Assembly: GCF_021028975.2 (NCBI RefSeq)
Contig: NC_059439.1
Coordinates: forward strand, 20,336,001 to 20,396,242
Origin: Sphaerodactylus townsendi
Lineage: Eukaryota
Direction: 5' to 3'
Length of the DNA stretch: 60,242 nucleotides
In this document: positions 36,870 through 48,608 of the stretch, in pieces
Layout: each line of letters opens with the position of its first letter
Numbering within the stretch: the first letter of the stretch is position 1
Position numbers and translations under genes: made by a program
Notes under the pieces: generated by a model
Told to the model about the DNA's origin: nothing
Database searches by the model: none
Seen by the model: the letters and a program-made list of their open reading frames with translations, nothing else

Positions 36870-37070
36870 TTGAAAATACCTGGAGATTTTGAGGGGTAGA
36901 GGCTAGGGAGAACAGAGTGTGGGGAAGGGAAAGACCTAAACATGACATAATACAATAGATTCCACCTTTCAAAGCAACCATTTTCTCCAGGGAACTGATA
37001 TTCACAGTTTGGAGATCAATTGTGATAATAGGAGATATCCAGGTGCTGCCTGGGGGTTGGCAACCCAACC
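36870..37070 (+). mobile_element. Old interspersed repeat ending in GGTTGGCAACCC (hAT-like end)
   Basis: Related diverged copies at about 47860-48010, 49735-49820 and 51690-51795. Confidence 0.55.
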
Positions 37071-37524
37071 CCCCAAGCTTTTTCTCTGTGGAAAAATTAA
37101 GAGAGCTCATTGACTGGCTGATTAGAAATTTCAGGATTTTTTCCCCCAAGTAAAGACACGGTACAAAACATTATGTCCTATGGAATGAGTAAAATGCTTT
37201 GAAAGGCAACCTTTCGAAATATTGATTTACGTTCCAGTAACTTCCTGAAATGTGTTGAATTATTCTGTCATCATTACATAAGATGTTCCAGAACAGTAGG
37301 TTAATACAATTCCTGTTTAATGTCAGAAAGTATGCATTGCAAATCCTCCCTCACACTTCAATTCTTTACTTGTCTGCAGAATGTAAACTAACTGAGCGTA
37401 CAGTGGGAAATCTATTGCTTCATGTAGAATGCCATGCTATTGCCAATGCTAAAACGTGGCACAAGGATTAGGCTGTAGCTCCTTGTTTCTCTTGTTAACA
37501 CAAATAAAACAAAACCAGCCATCA

Positions 37525-38481
37525 TTAAGGAAAGATGTATGCAATGTTGATTATTTTAGTGGCAGTTCGAAAGAAAGCGGCCTTGACTTCTCTGTTCCTC
37601 AGACTGTATATAAGAGGGTTAAGCATCGGAGTGAAGACCGTGTAAAATAGGGAGAAGGTTCTATGAAGCCCCTTCAGCATGGTAGTTTCCGGAAGTACAT
37701 AGACACAAATCAGAGACCCGTAGAAAAGAATCACGACAGTGAGGTGGGAAGAACAAGTGGAGAAGGCTTTCCGCCTGGAAGCCTTGGTCTTCATTCGGAA
37801 GATGGTGATGATAATATTCATATACGAGATCACGGTAAGTAGGAAGGGGAGGACAGTGTTTATGGAGGAAAAAATGAAAATTATGAGTTCTGCTATGTCA
37901 GTGTTGCTGCACGAAAGCTTTAACACAGGGGCTAAGTCACAGAAGAAATGCTCAATTTCGTTGGGACCGCAAAACATTAAGTGCCACAGCAGCGACGTGA
38001 CTATACTGACATTGAGCAGCCCAGTCATCCAAGAGATGGTAATAAGCCAAAGGCAGACTCTGCTATTCATGAGAGATGTGTACCTCAGTGGTTTTAATAT
38101 GGCTAAGTATCGATCGTATGACATCGCAGCTAAGAGATAACACTCCGCAACTGCTAAGGCGACAAAGAAAAGGTATTGTTTCATGCAGCCATGCACTGAA
38201 ATGGTTCTATCCCCTGTCAGTAGACTGAAGAGCAATCTGGGCAAAATGGTGGACGTGTAGCAGATCTCCAAGCATGACAGGTTCCCTAGGAAGAAATACA
38301 TGGGGGTGTGGAGATGCACATCATTGACAACCAGCACAACAATGATCAGATTGCCAGACACAGTGAGGATGTAGATTATGAGGAAAGCCAGGAAGAGAAG
38401 AACCCGAAGCTCTGGATGATCACTGAATCCCAGAAGAATGAAGATCGTGTTGGCAGTGAGATTTGTTCTGTTCTGTATTAG
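37525..38481 (-). CDS. Olfactory receptor OR7 main coding exon (no ATG before TM1)
   Basis: OR motifs intact; ORF track start is TTG; acceptor ttttatttgctacAG at 38483-38482. Confidence 0.88.
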   Translation of the reverse strand, partial: LIQNRTNLTANTIFILLGFSDHPELRVLLFLAFLIIYILTVSGNLIIVVLVVNDVHLHTPMYFFLGNLSCLEICYTSTILPRLLFSLLTGDRTISVHGCMKQYLFFVALAVAECYLLAAMSYDRYLAILKPLRYTSLMNSRVCLWLITISWMTGLLNVSIVTSLLWHLMFCGPNEIEHFFCDLAPVLKLSCSNTDIAELIIFIFSSINTVLPFLLTVISYMNIIITIFRMKTKASRRKAFSTCSSHLTVVILFYGSLICVYVLPETTMLKGLHRTFSLFYTVFTPMLNPLIYSLRNREVKAAFFRTATKIINIAYIFP

Positions 38482-38655
38482 CTGTAGCAAATAAAATAAA
38501 GCTTAGATTTTTTTTAAAAAATGCATGGAATGTGTAGTCTTACAGCAACGGAGACAGCATGTCGTTTCGGCAAGTGAGAGATGCAGGGGACAACTCTGCC
38601 GTCCTGTTTCTCCCCAAGCCCTTTTATTGACAGTTTACAAGAGGAAAAACAAACA

Positions 38656-38713
<58 letters not shown>
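38656..38713. repeat. (GGCA)n microsatellite
   Basis: Direct inspection. Confidence 0.95.
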
Positions 38714-38715
<2 letters not shown>

Positions 38716-39399
38716 GAAACACAATACAATGGACAGGGCAAAGAGCACGGGGGTTTGAGCAGAAGATTTGGTATTTGCACGTACACACATTGGAGCCAGA
38801 GGGTCTGCAATATCAGCAGTTTTCTCCGAAACCACATTTGGGAAGGAAAGGTCAGTTGCACGTGAGAGACCCTTTTTCCAGACAGTGTATTGCTGTACTC
38901 AGGTGCCCCCCCATGGGTGTTGGGGGACCCCTTTCCAAGCAATGTGCTGCCATACCCGGGAGCCTCCCGGGCCCTGTGAGACCCCTTTTCAAGCAGAATG
39001 GCTGCCATACTCGGGAGCGTCCCAGGCACTGTGCCCCCAACAGGAATGAAATTTGTACACACAATAGGCAAGAAAAGCACCTGACATATATTTCTGCAGC
39101 GAATACAAATACTTTAGCTAGATCCAGCAAAGAATCCAGGTTCAAATTCCTACTTGAGTTGTTCACTGGATGATTTTGAGCAAGGCATTTCCTTCAGATT
39201 AACCTAGCCCACAGAGCTATTTTAACAATAAAAAGGGAGTGCATGTGAACCATACAAGCCACCCTGAATTCCTTGGGACAGGATGTGCTAAAAGTGAGAT
39301 ACTTATTTTATGAGCTTGGACTCTTGCACCAAATATAAAATGAAATTGTTAAGTTAAAGGTATAAAGGATGGGGCAGCTGAGACCCTTGAAAAACTCTA

Positions 39400-39719
39400 T
39401 AATTCCCGAAGCCTAAAGAAAGCCCAAAATATTCTGAGAGACCCGTCTCATCCAGCACACTCTCTTTTTGAACTGTTACCATCCGGCAGACGATACAGGT
39501 CTATCAAACTAGGACAAAGAGGCTTAGAGACAGCTTCTACTCTAGAGTTGTGGCTATGCTAAACTCTGCGGCTTTGTGTTGATGTGTTTGGGGCTGTGTA
39601 GGGATGGGTGGAGGAAGGGGAAAGTGAGGATGGGGTATGAGTCTGAAATTGTGTGCATCGAGGAATGCTGCTGTAAATTTCATTGTGCGTGCACAATGAC
39701 AATAAAATGCTTATGCTTA
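39400..39719 (+). mobile_element. Rex1/Babar-like LINE 3' fragment
   Basis: Encodes DPSHPAHSLFELLPSGRRYRSIK..RLRDSFY; AATAAA plus tgcttatgctta tail. Confidence 0.75.
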
Positions 39720-39729
39720 AAAACCATGT

Positions 39730-40350
39730 CTGTCTTTTTAGCACAGCTAAAGGTACCATTCAATCACACATATCTATAAACAGACACAAGATTCTCCACA
39801 GGGTGATGGAGAAATTTGAGCAAAATGCTTTTACCTCAAAATGAATTTCATCAGAAAGATGAATATTAGCCAGATTCGATCTGCTCCCCATTCCTGGGTG
39901 TGGGATCTCAACTCACACTCCACTTTTCGTTCTTGATCCTTTGTCTACTTGAACTCATTTGTTAATAGCTCCCTCTTGTTGGCTCTAGAAATTCTTGGCT
40001 GAGTATTTTCCTGTTTTGACTTCTATTTATTTTCTAAACCTTCACATAAAGCAGTGTCATTTACTGTTCTGGGGGAAGAAAACATTGTGGTGGTTGAGTT
40101 CAAATACTGTTCTGCTGGAGTCAAGCTTCACATAAAACTGAAGGGAGAATAAACATTTGTCCTCAGGGGAGCATAGGAAACCCAGGCGACTGTTACTTCA
40201 GAGAGAAATTGCTTTAATTACAGATGTGAGGACTTAAATGAACACCTAACTGTGTACACATGAAAAAAAATTAAAGGCTAGTTTTGCCCTTTTAAAATAA
40301 TCTCGTCCCGTGAGAAAATGCCAGCGTCAGAGGATGGACTGAAAGCATCA
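39730..40350 (-). promoter_or_regulatory. Conserved upstream block of OR7 (putative promoter/first exon)
   Basis: Same block as above; O/E-like TCCTCAGGGGA at about 40160 and TCCCGTGAGA at about 40306; homeodomain-like TAATTA at about 40215. Confidence 0.5.
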
Positions 40351-40525
40351 CATCCTCGCCGATCTTCTTCCTCTCCCCAAACACCACCAGGCTCCAGACC
40401 CAAATTCCCAGAAATGTCCCTACTCAGATTTGTCAACTCTAGTTGGGAAGACCATCACCACAGGCCATTTTTAGCAGAAACAAGTCCTGATAAGAAATAA
40501 AACTGTACTAAATAATTAAACAGTA

Positions 40526-41891
40526 CTAGCGGGCCCGGCCACGCATTGCTTTGGCTTAGTCTGGTGAAGTGGAAAAGAAAGAAAAGGGGAAGCGAACGGT
40601 TCAAACATGTGTCGTTGCACAATGTTGCAAGGGAGGGGAGGGGCAAAGGGCCCCTCGCTCCCCTCCCTTTCTCCTGTTCCGTTGCATGCACCCTGCCCCA
40701 CGTCCCTCTCTAATGTACCCCTTTCTCTGCTAGGGTGGGTGGGCCATGTCCAGGTGGCTGAACCTGTCCCTTTCACTCCCTTCCCTTGCAGGCGGATTAC
40801 CTAGCTGAAAACACATTGGGAGGCATGAGCTACGTTGTGTTCAAATTTCATTTTTTAAATTTTTTTTATTGTATAGAGTATTTATACATTTGTTACATTT
40901 AGTATTTTTCTTTCATCTATACATTTTTTCCATTTTCACCCCCCTCCCCCTTCTCTTTATTGATTTTTTTCATGCAGGCAGCAGGAGGTTCATTCTTCTT
41001 ATTCTCTTTTTCCATGGCTCTTCGTTAAATCCGGCATCTTCAATCCATTCTTTATACACTGTCCATATCTTCTTAATATCTTCTATTTTTTCTTTCCATA
41101 AAATATTTCTTGTCAGTCTTTCAAATATCTCTAACTGTATTTGTTCCCATATATATTCCAACCATCTTGAAACTGTCCATTTTTATTATCTTTCCAGCCC
41201 AACGCCAACACTGCGTGTGCTGCTCTAATCATTATTTTATACATTGGTTCCAAACTTCTATTCACTCTAATGTCATCTATTATCCCCACAATTAATAATT
41301 CTTTATTTACATCAATTTTTACTTTTACCAGTAGTTCTACATATTTTAAAATATTCTCCCAAAACTTTTTCACTACTTTGCATTCTATCCACATATGTAT
41401 ATAATATGCTCCTTTTTCTCCACAATGCCAACACTTTGGGCTTAATCCTTTAATCATATAGGCTAGCTGTATTGGGGTTCTGTTGTGTTCAAATTTCAGA
41501 GCATTTGGTCTAGCAAACTCCCGGACCCTCCCTCATCTTCCCCTTCCTCCGCTAGGGTGGGTGAGCCATGTCCAGATGGCGGGACCCATTCCTTTCACTT
41601 CAGATGGCAGACGATTTTCAAGGAAGACATGGTTGTTTCCCTTGTATCAGAGGGTGTTGCTTTGATGGCCAGCAGATGGCGCTGTTGTGGAACAGAACTG
41701 TCACAGGTGTGGCAAGTGCACAATAACTGGCACAGTTGTGACATGTACACAACAGGAGGTGTGGAAACAGTATGGAAACCTGGCCACACGTGAATGCGAT
41801 GTTGTGTGAAAATTTCAAATCAATCGGTCCAGTAGTTTGGGAGGTTACCTGTCAGCAAAAAAACGCACTGATAGATTTTTATATATATAGA
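40526..41891 (-). mobile_element. Non-autonomous Helitron
   Basis: Minus strand begins A|TCTATATATA and ends gccaaagcaatgcgtggccgggcccgCTAG|T (subterminal hairpin, A/T target, no TSD). Confidence 0.75.
40851..41481 (-). mobile_element. L1-clade LINE 3' fragment nested in the Helitron
   Basis: CWHC..HMWIEC..V..FW zinc knuckle, A-rich tail, 17-bp TSD GTTGTGTTCAAATTTCA. Confidence 0.85.
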
Positions 41892-42454
41892 TGCCATGTC
41901 CCTCAAGGGGTAGCCACTTAGTGGATAAATGTTTGTAACGAGGCTTTCTCTGAAGTCAAGGAGAGAAAATAATGCAAGTCTGAAGGTCTATCACAAGGAA
42001 AGTTGGAATACATTTTACATTTCTTGAGAAGGCAACTGGAGAGGTAGCTTGAGTTTCAACATAGAGTACAGAAAAACGGGAAATGATTTCCCTCCTTTTG
42101 TGCGTATGACTGAAGACCTTCGTAGTGACATATGGTTCTTTTTCCATGTGCAGATGCCTCTGCAGATTTTGAGAGCCAGAAGAGAATTATGACTATATGA
42201 GTTATTTCAAATAAGCTCCTATTTATGCTTCAGGGGGTATAGCACTCTCTTCTGACAAGAATTAACAGAGGGACCACATTTCCATTTAGGAAGCTGTAAC
42301 TATAGGCCACATATGAAAATTTTTGAGTACACAGCAGTGGCACCAGATTTTGTCACTGGAAGGGATATTTCCTCTGTAGAAACATATGAGTTAAACCAAG
42401 GGAGCATCCCCTTCTTCTATTAATATGGCTTTTGAATCTCTCCCATGAGTCTCA

Positions 42455-42595
42455 GGCTCATTCCGCACATGCAGAATAATGCACTTTCAAACTGCTTTCA
42501 GTGCTCTTTGAAGCTGTGCGGAATGGCAAAATCCACTTGCAAACAGTTGTGAAAGTGGTTTGAAAACACATTATTTTGCGTGTGCAGAAGGGGCC
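42455..42595. mobile_element. Harbinger-like MITE
   Basis: Same family as 7069; TSD TCA. Confidence 0.85.
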
Positions 42596-43369
42596 TCAGT
42601 GTAGTTTTTTTGAGTCATCAAAGAGGACACTTCTCTTCTTCACCCACAGAAAAGCTGGCTGGATTCAACCCATTTTCTCTTACCTCTCTTACTAAATGCA
42701 GGGGTTGTTTGTAGGAAAGTCATGAGCAGCTTTGCTACAAATTTGATGCCTTAATTTTTTTTTTTTTAAAAAAACACCCCTTAGTGTCCCATATAATGAG
42801 AAGGAGGGTGGGACAGAGTGGTGTCTTTAACTGACTCATGCCCTGAGGAGATTTCTCCGTCCAAACAATTAATGGTCAATTATGATTTGACTGAGACACC
42901 CTTTTGTTCGTCAATATGCACTGCAGTAGCATAAATGTGGTAATTAAGACTTTGTGTATACACTTGATCCTATACACTTCTATGAATTAAATTAAACATT
43001 AAAATGATCTTTAGTTGCTCAACCAGAGCAGTTCACAGACAGGAAGATTAGCATCTGTGTAGGGACACCAAAATAATATTTTCCTTTCTGTCAGAAAATA
43101 ATAATAAATTGGCACCAAAGGCTTGTAAAGTTCAAAGAAGAATCAAGTTTGTGTTTACAAAAAAATAAATCAGGAAGTTTTTCTGGCAAAGCATAAAATT
43201 GAAATTATATACAAGAAGCTGGTTTCTTAGAGGTTTACTAGTTGTTTCAATATTTTTTACAATTGATTCAAGGTTCTAATATATCACTTTCTTAATGCCT
43301 TCAAGTTGTTTTCATCACTTCAAGTTCTTTGCAAACTTAGGACCAATCAGTATAGGTGTACTGTTATCT

Positions 43370-43461
43370 GTATGGTTTGCTAGTTCTAGTATGGTTTCAT
43401 GCACTAGTTCTAGTATGGTTTTCTAGTTCTAGTATGGTTTTCTAGTTCTAGTATGGTTTCA
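43370..43461. repeat. Minisatellite with CTAGTTCTAGTATGGTTT repeated 4 times
   Basis: Direct inspection. Confidence 0.85.
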
Positions 43462-44112
43462 TACATTAAAAAGATCTTAATTCTTACCCTCAGGTAATTG
43501 TAACCTACATAGTTCCTCAAGTTCCTTAGACTATATAGTTTTTCTAGTTCCTTAGACTACCTCTCCTCTTGAGTGTCTCTCACATGGTGCTTTTCAGAGA
43601 AGGACTTGCAGCTTTCCATGACTGGACCACAACAGGAGGTGAGCTGGGGCATTTCTGTGGGGGTTGGTGGAACTGACTTTAGTTGGCTTTCACCTGGGGT
43701 TTGTGGCTAGTTGCTGTGTGGCCCAGGTCCTGGACTTACTCCCTGTGCTACCAGAAGCCTTCTGGAGATGACATGGTGGTGCTGAAGTGGCAGCATCCCT
43801 GGCCGCCACGGGCTCTGAATTGGGCTGCCTGAGTATTTTCATGCAGTTGTAAACCTAAGTTGCATTATGGTTCCCTCCTTTCTACATGTATTTTGCTTCC
43901 TCTAGTGGTTGTTTCAATATTTCTCCAGCCTCATATAATAAACCAAGACCTACAGTGGTGAAATATCAAGGTGATCCCTGCAGGGAGTAAAACACATGTG
44001 GAAAAGTGGAAAAAAAACAATGCAATATGGCTGCACAAGTGAGGAAATAATACATGTGGAAAAGCCCTTGATTTAGACTTCCAAAGCAGTCCACTGATAT
44101 TAGTTAATAGTT

Positions 44113-44240
44113 GTTGTGGGTTTTCTGGGCTGTGTGGCCATGGTCCGGTAGATCTTGTTCCTAACGTTTCATCTTTATCTGTGGCTGGCATCTTCAGAGG
44201 TGTATCACAGAGAGAAGTCTGTTGCACACTGCGTCTAGTG
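44113..44240 (-). mobile_element. Penelope-like fragment (second subfamily) with a degenerate hammerhead at 44160-44200
   Basis: Reverse strand cctctgaagatgccagccacagataaagatgaaacgttagg; 11-bp TSD AGTTAATAGTT. Confidence 0.7.
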
Positions 44241-44916
44241 AGTTAATAGTTTTTGTTTTCAAGAAGCACAGCCAATTCATTCTGGTGGGAGAGAGCATAG
44301 AACATTATTCTGCTTTAAAAAATTCACATGTATTGTTGTCTTAGTGATTTTCTATTTTAAAAGATGAACAGTTCAATCCTGAGTGAAGGTACTATAGTCT
44401 AAGTCCACTGACTTCAGCATGAAGAAACTGAACAAATGATGCACCCCTATTATGAAACATGCACACTCTAGAACCTTCTAGATTTTTCACATCTTCCTGT
44501 CAGCGGACAGACTTGTCAATATGTTTGCTTTTGACACATTCAAATAAATAATGGCATGAGAATATGACAACAGAAGATACTTTCAAAGGATTTCTTTCCA
44601 TCGCAGGGTATACTTTATACTTTTCAGTTCTGCCCTTAAAAGAATTACACCCTTCTAAATCCATCTAATCTATCAATGAATTGTACTGTTAGAACCAGAA
44701 TATGGCTGGATTATTTCACTATATGCAAACTAACAAAACATAGTTCATCTTTTAAATTATTCCCGGATACTCATTCTATTTGAAAAATTCTCATCAGTTT
44801 TCTGAATTCAATAAATAGTGGGTAGGTTGACTGCTGTAATATATCTTTTATGCAGCAAGTAATTTTTTTTAAATGAAAGGCCTCTGATAAATTTGACATT
44901 GTTTTGGAGAATCTCA

Positions 44917-45044
44917 GGCTCATTCCGCACATGCAGAATAATGCACTTTCAAACTGCTTTCAATGCTCTTTGAAGCTGTACGGAATAGCAAACAGTTGTG
45001 AAAGTGGTTTGAAAACGCATTATTCTGCATGTGCAGAAGGGGCC
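44917..45044. mobile_element. Harbinger-like MITE
   Basis: Same family; TCA/TTA flanks. Confidence 0.85.
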
Positions 45045-46202
45045 TTAGTTATGGTGGCCTGATGTCCAAAGGATACAAGATTTGTGGTGGGGTACTATTT
45101 GTTAGGCTTAAAAAAACCCCTATTATAGTGCTACTTAATGCCAAATAGAATTGTTATCTATTAAGGAAAAACTACTGAAGTTAGTATCAACAGTGAAGTT
45201 TCTGAGGTCTGGAATTTATTCCCTTCTTTTTTTCCCTTCCTCCTTGTACTTTCAACAGATATAATTGTCAAATATAATGGTTATCTATTAGGGGGGAAAA
45301 GTTACTACTGAAGTTAGTATTAACAGTGAAGTCTCTGAGGTCTGAAATTTCTTCTTTTCTTTTTGTTCTTTCCTGTACTTTCAACAGAGAAAGGTTAATT
45401 AACACTGGCAAAGTTCTAACAAACGACAAACTCCTCCCCCCACTGCCAGTACTCAGACTTTATTCCATTTCGTTTCTTCATGTAGACTCTAACTACATAG
45501 GAAAACAAACTACTGTCATTTTGCTCTTGAATAAATGAATGTTAAGGAGAGCAGCAGATCTAAAGCATGGATGGGTGCATAAGGACAACAAACTGGAGGA
45601 ACTTGTATCTAAGGAATGGGACATCAATGGAATACATCAGAGATTCCACCCACAGTCATTTTAGAGGTAAATACCAAGCTCCATTCACTAAGCCCAAGAT
45701 AGGATGATTTAATTTTTATTTCATGCCTGTTTGAAAGTGAAACTTTTTCAAAAAAAAATAATCTGGACATTGTATTCTTTTTAACAGTAATAATCCTCTA
45801 TAAAAGAGATATATCTGGAAGCCCTAAGTTTGTTGGAACTAGCTGGCTTAGACTGGAGTAACAATGTTGTAGGACTGTATCAAGCACTGTACCACATTTT
45901 TGGCATGCAAGCTCTGGGTTGGCCAATTGTAGCTACATGTTCCCTACATCTGGCATTAATCTGGATTCTCGTGGGTGGGTCAGATTAACAGCTGGAACTG
46001 GAGATTACTCACTGAAGTTGATAGAAGATAGATATGCTATTTTCTGTAGGATGGTCTTAATTCAAGAACTGCAGCATACTTCAAATATTCCTTTTATGTT
46101 AACTCTGACTGTAGGATGGTCCCATGGTTTACCAGGAAAGGATTAGACAATTCAATCTTTTTTTGAGCTAACCATACTGGAAGCATGCTTTTGAATGGTA
46201 TA

Positions 46203-46350
46203 GGCTCATTCTGCACATGCAGAATAATGCACCTTTCTAAACTAGTTTTCAGTGCTCTCTTTAAAGCAAGGAATAGCAAAATCCAATTTGCAAACAGCTG
46301 TGAAAGTGGCTCAAAATGCATTATTTTGCAAGTGCAAAGTGAAGGGGGCT
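46203..46350. mobile_element. Harbinger-like MITE (diverged)
   Basis: Same family. Confidence 0.7.
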
Positions 46351-46649
46351 GGTGGTGGAATAATTTTTCTGAAAGTAGCTGTTCTAGGCAAAAAAAAAAG
46401 AGAGGTCATTTTTAAAGCATGGATTTGTCCTTAGTTATGATACTATGGAGCTGAGAAATATCTCTGAAATGTGTGTGGCCTATTGAAGAAAAGGTCAGGA
46501 CCTACTTTTATTCCCATATATTCTGATTTGTAGTTCACAACCTTGAAAATTTTCTTGATTACGTTTGCATTTCCCTTAGTGACTTCCCCACCAGCAAATC
46601 TGATCCTGAGTATCACAACTTGTTTTTCTGTTCCTAACCTCAAAGTGCA

Positions 46650-46900
46650 GTTTTGGTGGTTATATAGAGGGGTTCTAACTTAGTGAACTGGATTCGTTTG
46701 TCCGCTTTTTTCCCTATTACGTAGTTCGTTGGTGACCTGTTGAGCCAGTCATACCCGTCCGAACTCTCTCATCCAACCCAGAGGCACACAACAACAAACC
46801 ACCCTGAATGACTCTTGCCTTCAAAATCCTATAGAGTCACCATAAGTCAGTAGTGATTTGATGGCGAATGCATGCATGCACGCATGCACACACACACACA
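46650..46900 (+). mobile_element. Degenerate SINE with Sauria-type tail ending in (CA)n
   Basis: ggtgacc..gccagtca core, then aaaccaccctgaatgactcttgcc...gtcaccataagtcag...cacaca. Confidence 0.55.
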
Positions 46901-46999
46901 GAGCGAGAGAGAGAGAGAGAGAAAGAGAAAGCCTCATATGTATGTCAGCCTAGAGAGGATGCATTCCATCCATGTGATAAAAAATACTGTAGTTCAATG

Positions 47000-47150
47000 T
47001 ATTGTTGAAGGCTTTCACGGCCGGAATCACTGGGGTGCTGTGTGGTTTCCGGGCTGTATGGCCGTGTTCTAGCAGCATTCTCTCATCAGATCCTCTGAAG
47101 ATGCCAGCCACAGATGCAGGCGAAATGTCAGGAGAGAATGCTGCTAGAAC
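47000..47150. mobile_element. Penelope-like fragment with partial inversion; + strand hammerhead at 47092-47132
   Basis: Same sequence family as 4353-4591. Confidence 0.75.
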
Positions 47151-48142
47151 CACGCGCCGCAAGCAGCTCCGAAACCAATAATAGCACTCCCAGTGGCCAG
47201 GGGCTTTGCAAAACGAGCATGCTACAATAAAAATGTGGAAGGTTCCACAAGGCCCCTGTTGATTTTTCGGCATTAGATGCAAACAGCTACCCCTCTCAAA
47301 CAATTTCCACTGCTTTCTGACGCTAAATGGACCTCATGAAAGACCCCAGTTAATATATTGGGTGGCTAGAAACTTGTTTACAGCATTCCAAGATCTGTGT
47401 CTAGAGTCACTGCTATAAATCTATGGACTATTCTAGAGTGGCAAAGCGAAAGCCACCGAAATGGTCCCCATGCTCGCAGAATGTTTTGGATTAATTACTG
47501 AAGAGGGGCTTTCACTTTTTTTTAGAACTGACAGTTTATGCCATATTAGTTTGCAGTTTTCACTGAGTGCAACAGTGCCAAAGAGTAAGGAATGAAAGTA
47601 GATTCTCCCCTCATCCTCATGTGCATTTTTGGCCTTCCTCATTATAAAACGTGCAGCGTGGAAAGGCAAAGTAGCCAGAAAGCAGAGACATGCCGAACAT
47701 GATTCCAGATTAATCCTTCTGCTTCTATCTCTCAAACTCAAAATCATGTACAGCAGTTCCTTACACTCATGTTTATTTTTATCTTCATAAAATCTTCTAG
47801 AGATGCAGTCATTGGGTTTTCTTTTCCCCTGTACAGAAGGTGGTCTATGAAATACCTTGAGATTTGGAGGCAGTGCCTATGAATATGTGGTAATTTGGGA
47901 TGTGATCTATGGCATACCATAGAAGGTGTCCTCCGAAGCTACCATTTTTGCTATTTTTCCTGGGGAACTGTACTCTGGATGTCCATTGTAATTCCACCAG
48001 AATATCACAGGCCAAACTAAAGTATAAAATCCTACATAACCCCCCACTCTTTCACTCGGCTCTCTTTTGAATTGCTTTTCCCCTTTCCCAATTCTATGCA
48101 ATAAATTATTCTATGCTCAGAACAAACTCTGGAAGTTAGTAT

Positions 48143-48180
<38 letters not shown>

Positions 48181-48212
48181 GAGAGAGAGGAGAGAGAGAG
48201 AGAGAGAGAGAG
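48143..48212. repeat. (GA)n microsatellite
   Basis: Direct inspection. Confidence 0.95.
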
Positions 48213-48224
48213 CACATGTTTGGA

Positions 48225-48535
48225 TAGGCTGACCAGACGCCCTGCTTTTGGCGTGACAGTCCCGGCTTTAAACAATTTATCCCACATCCCTGGTTCTTCC
48301 ACTTGTCCCGATTTTAGGGAGGCCAGTCGCACTCGCCTCTCTGGGGCTGCAAGGCAAAAGCGGCAGCCTCCCACACGCGCGGCCGCAGGAGCGCACGGCC
48401 TTCTGGGGCTTGCCGTTTGCCGCCCATCACAGGGCGGCAAACGGCAAGCCCCAGAAGGCCGTGCGCTCCTGCAGCTGCGTGTGCGGCCGCCTCCCCCCCA
48501 TCCCAGATCACAAAGGTGACCATCTGGTCACCTTA
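48225..48535. mobile_element. hAT (Blackjack/Tip100-type end) MITE with a perfect internal hairpin
   Basis: TIR TA(G/A)G(C/G)TGACCAGA, TSD YGTTTGGA. Confidence 0.8.
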
Positions 48536-48608
48536 CGTTTGGACCAAAATTATCTTGTGAGCTTCATAGATGAACTGGGATTTGAACTTGGTCATTCAGA
48601 TTCTAGTC

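Noticed and set aside
38514-39173. 188-aa ORF with PACL repeats and overlapping ORFs
   Set aside because: Translation of the (GGCA)n microsatellite and adjacent repeat.
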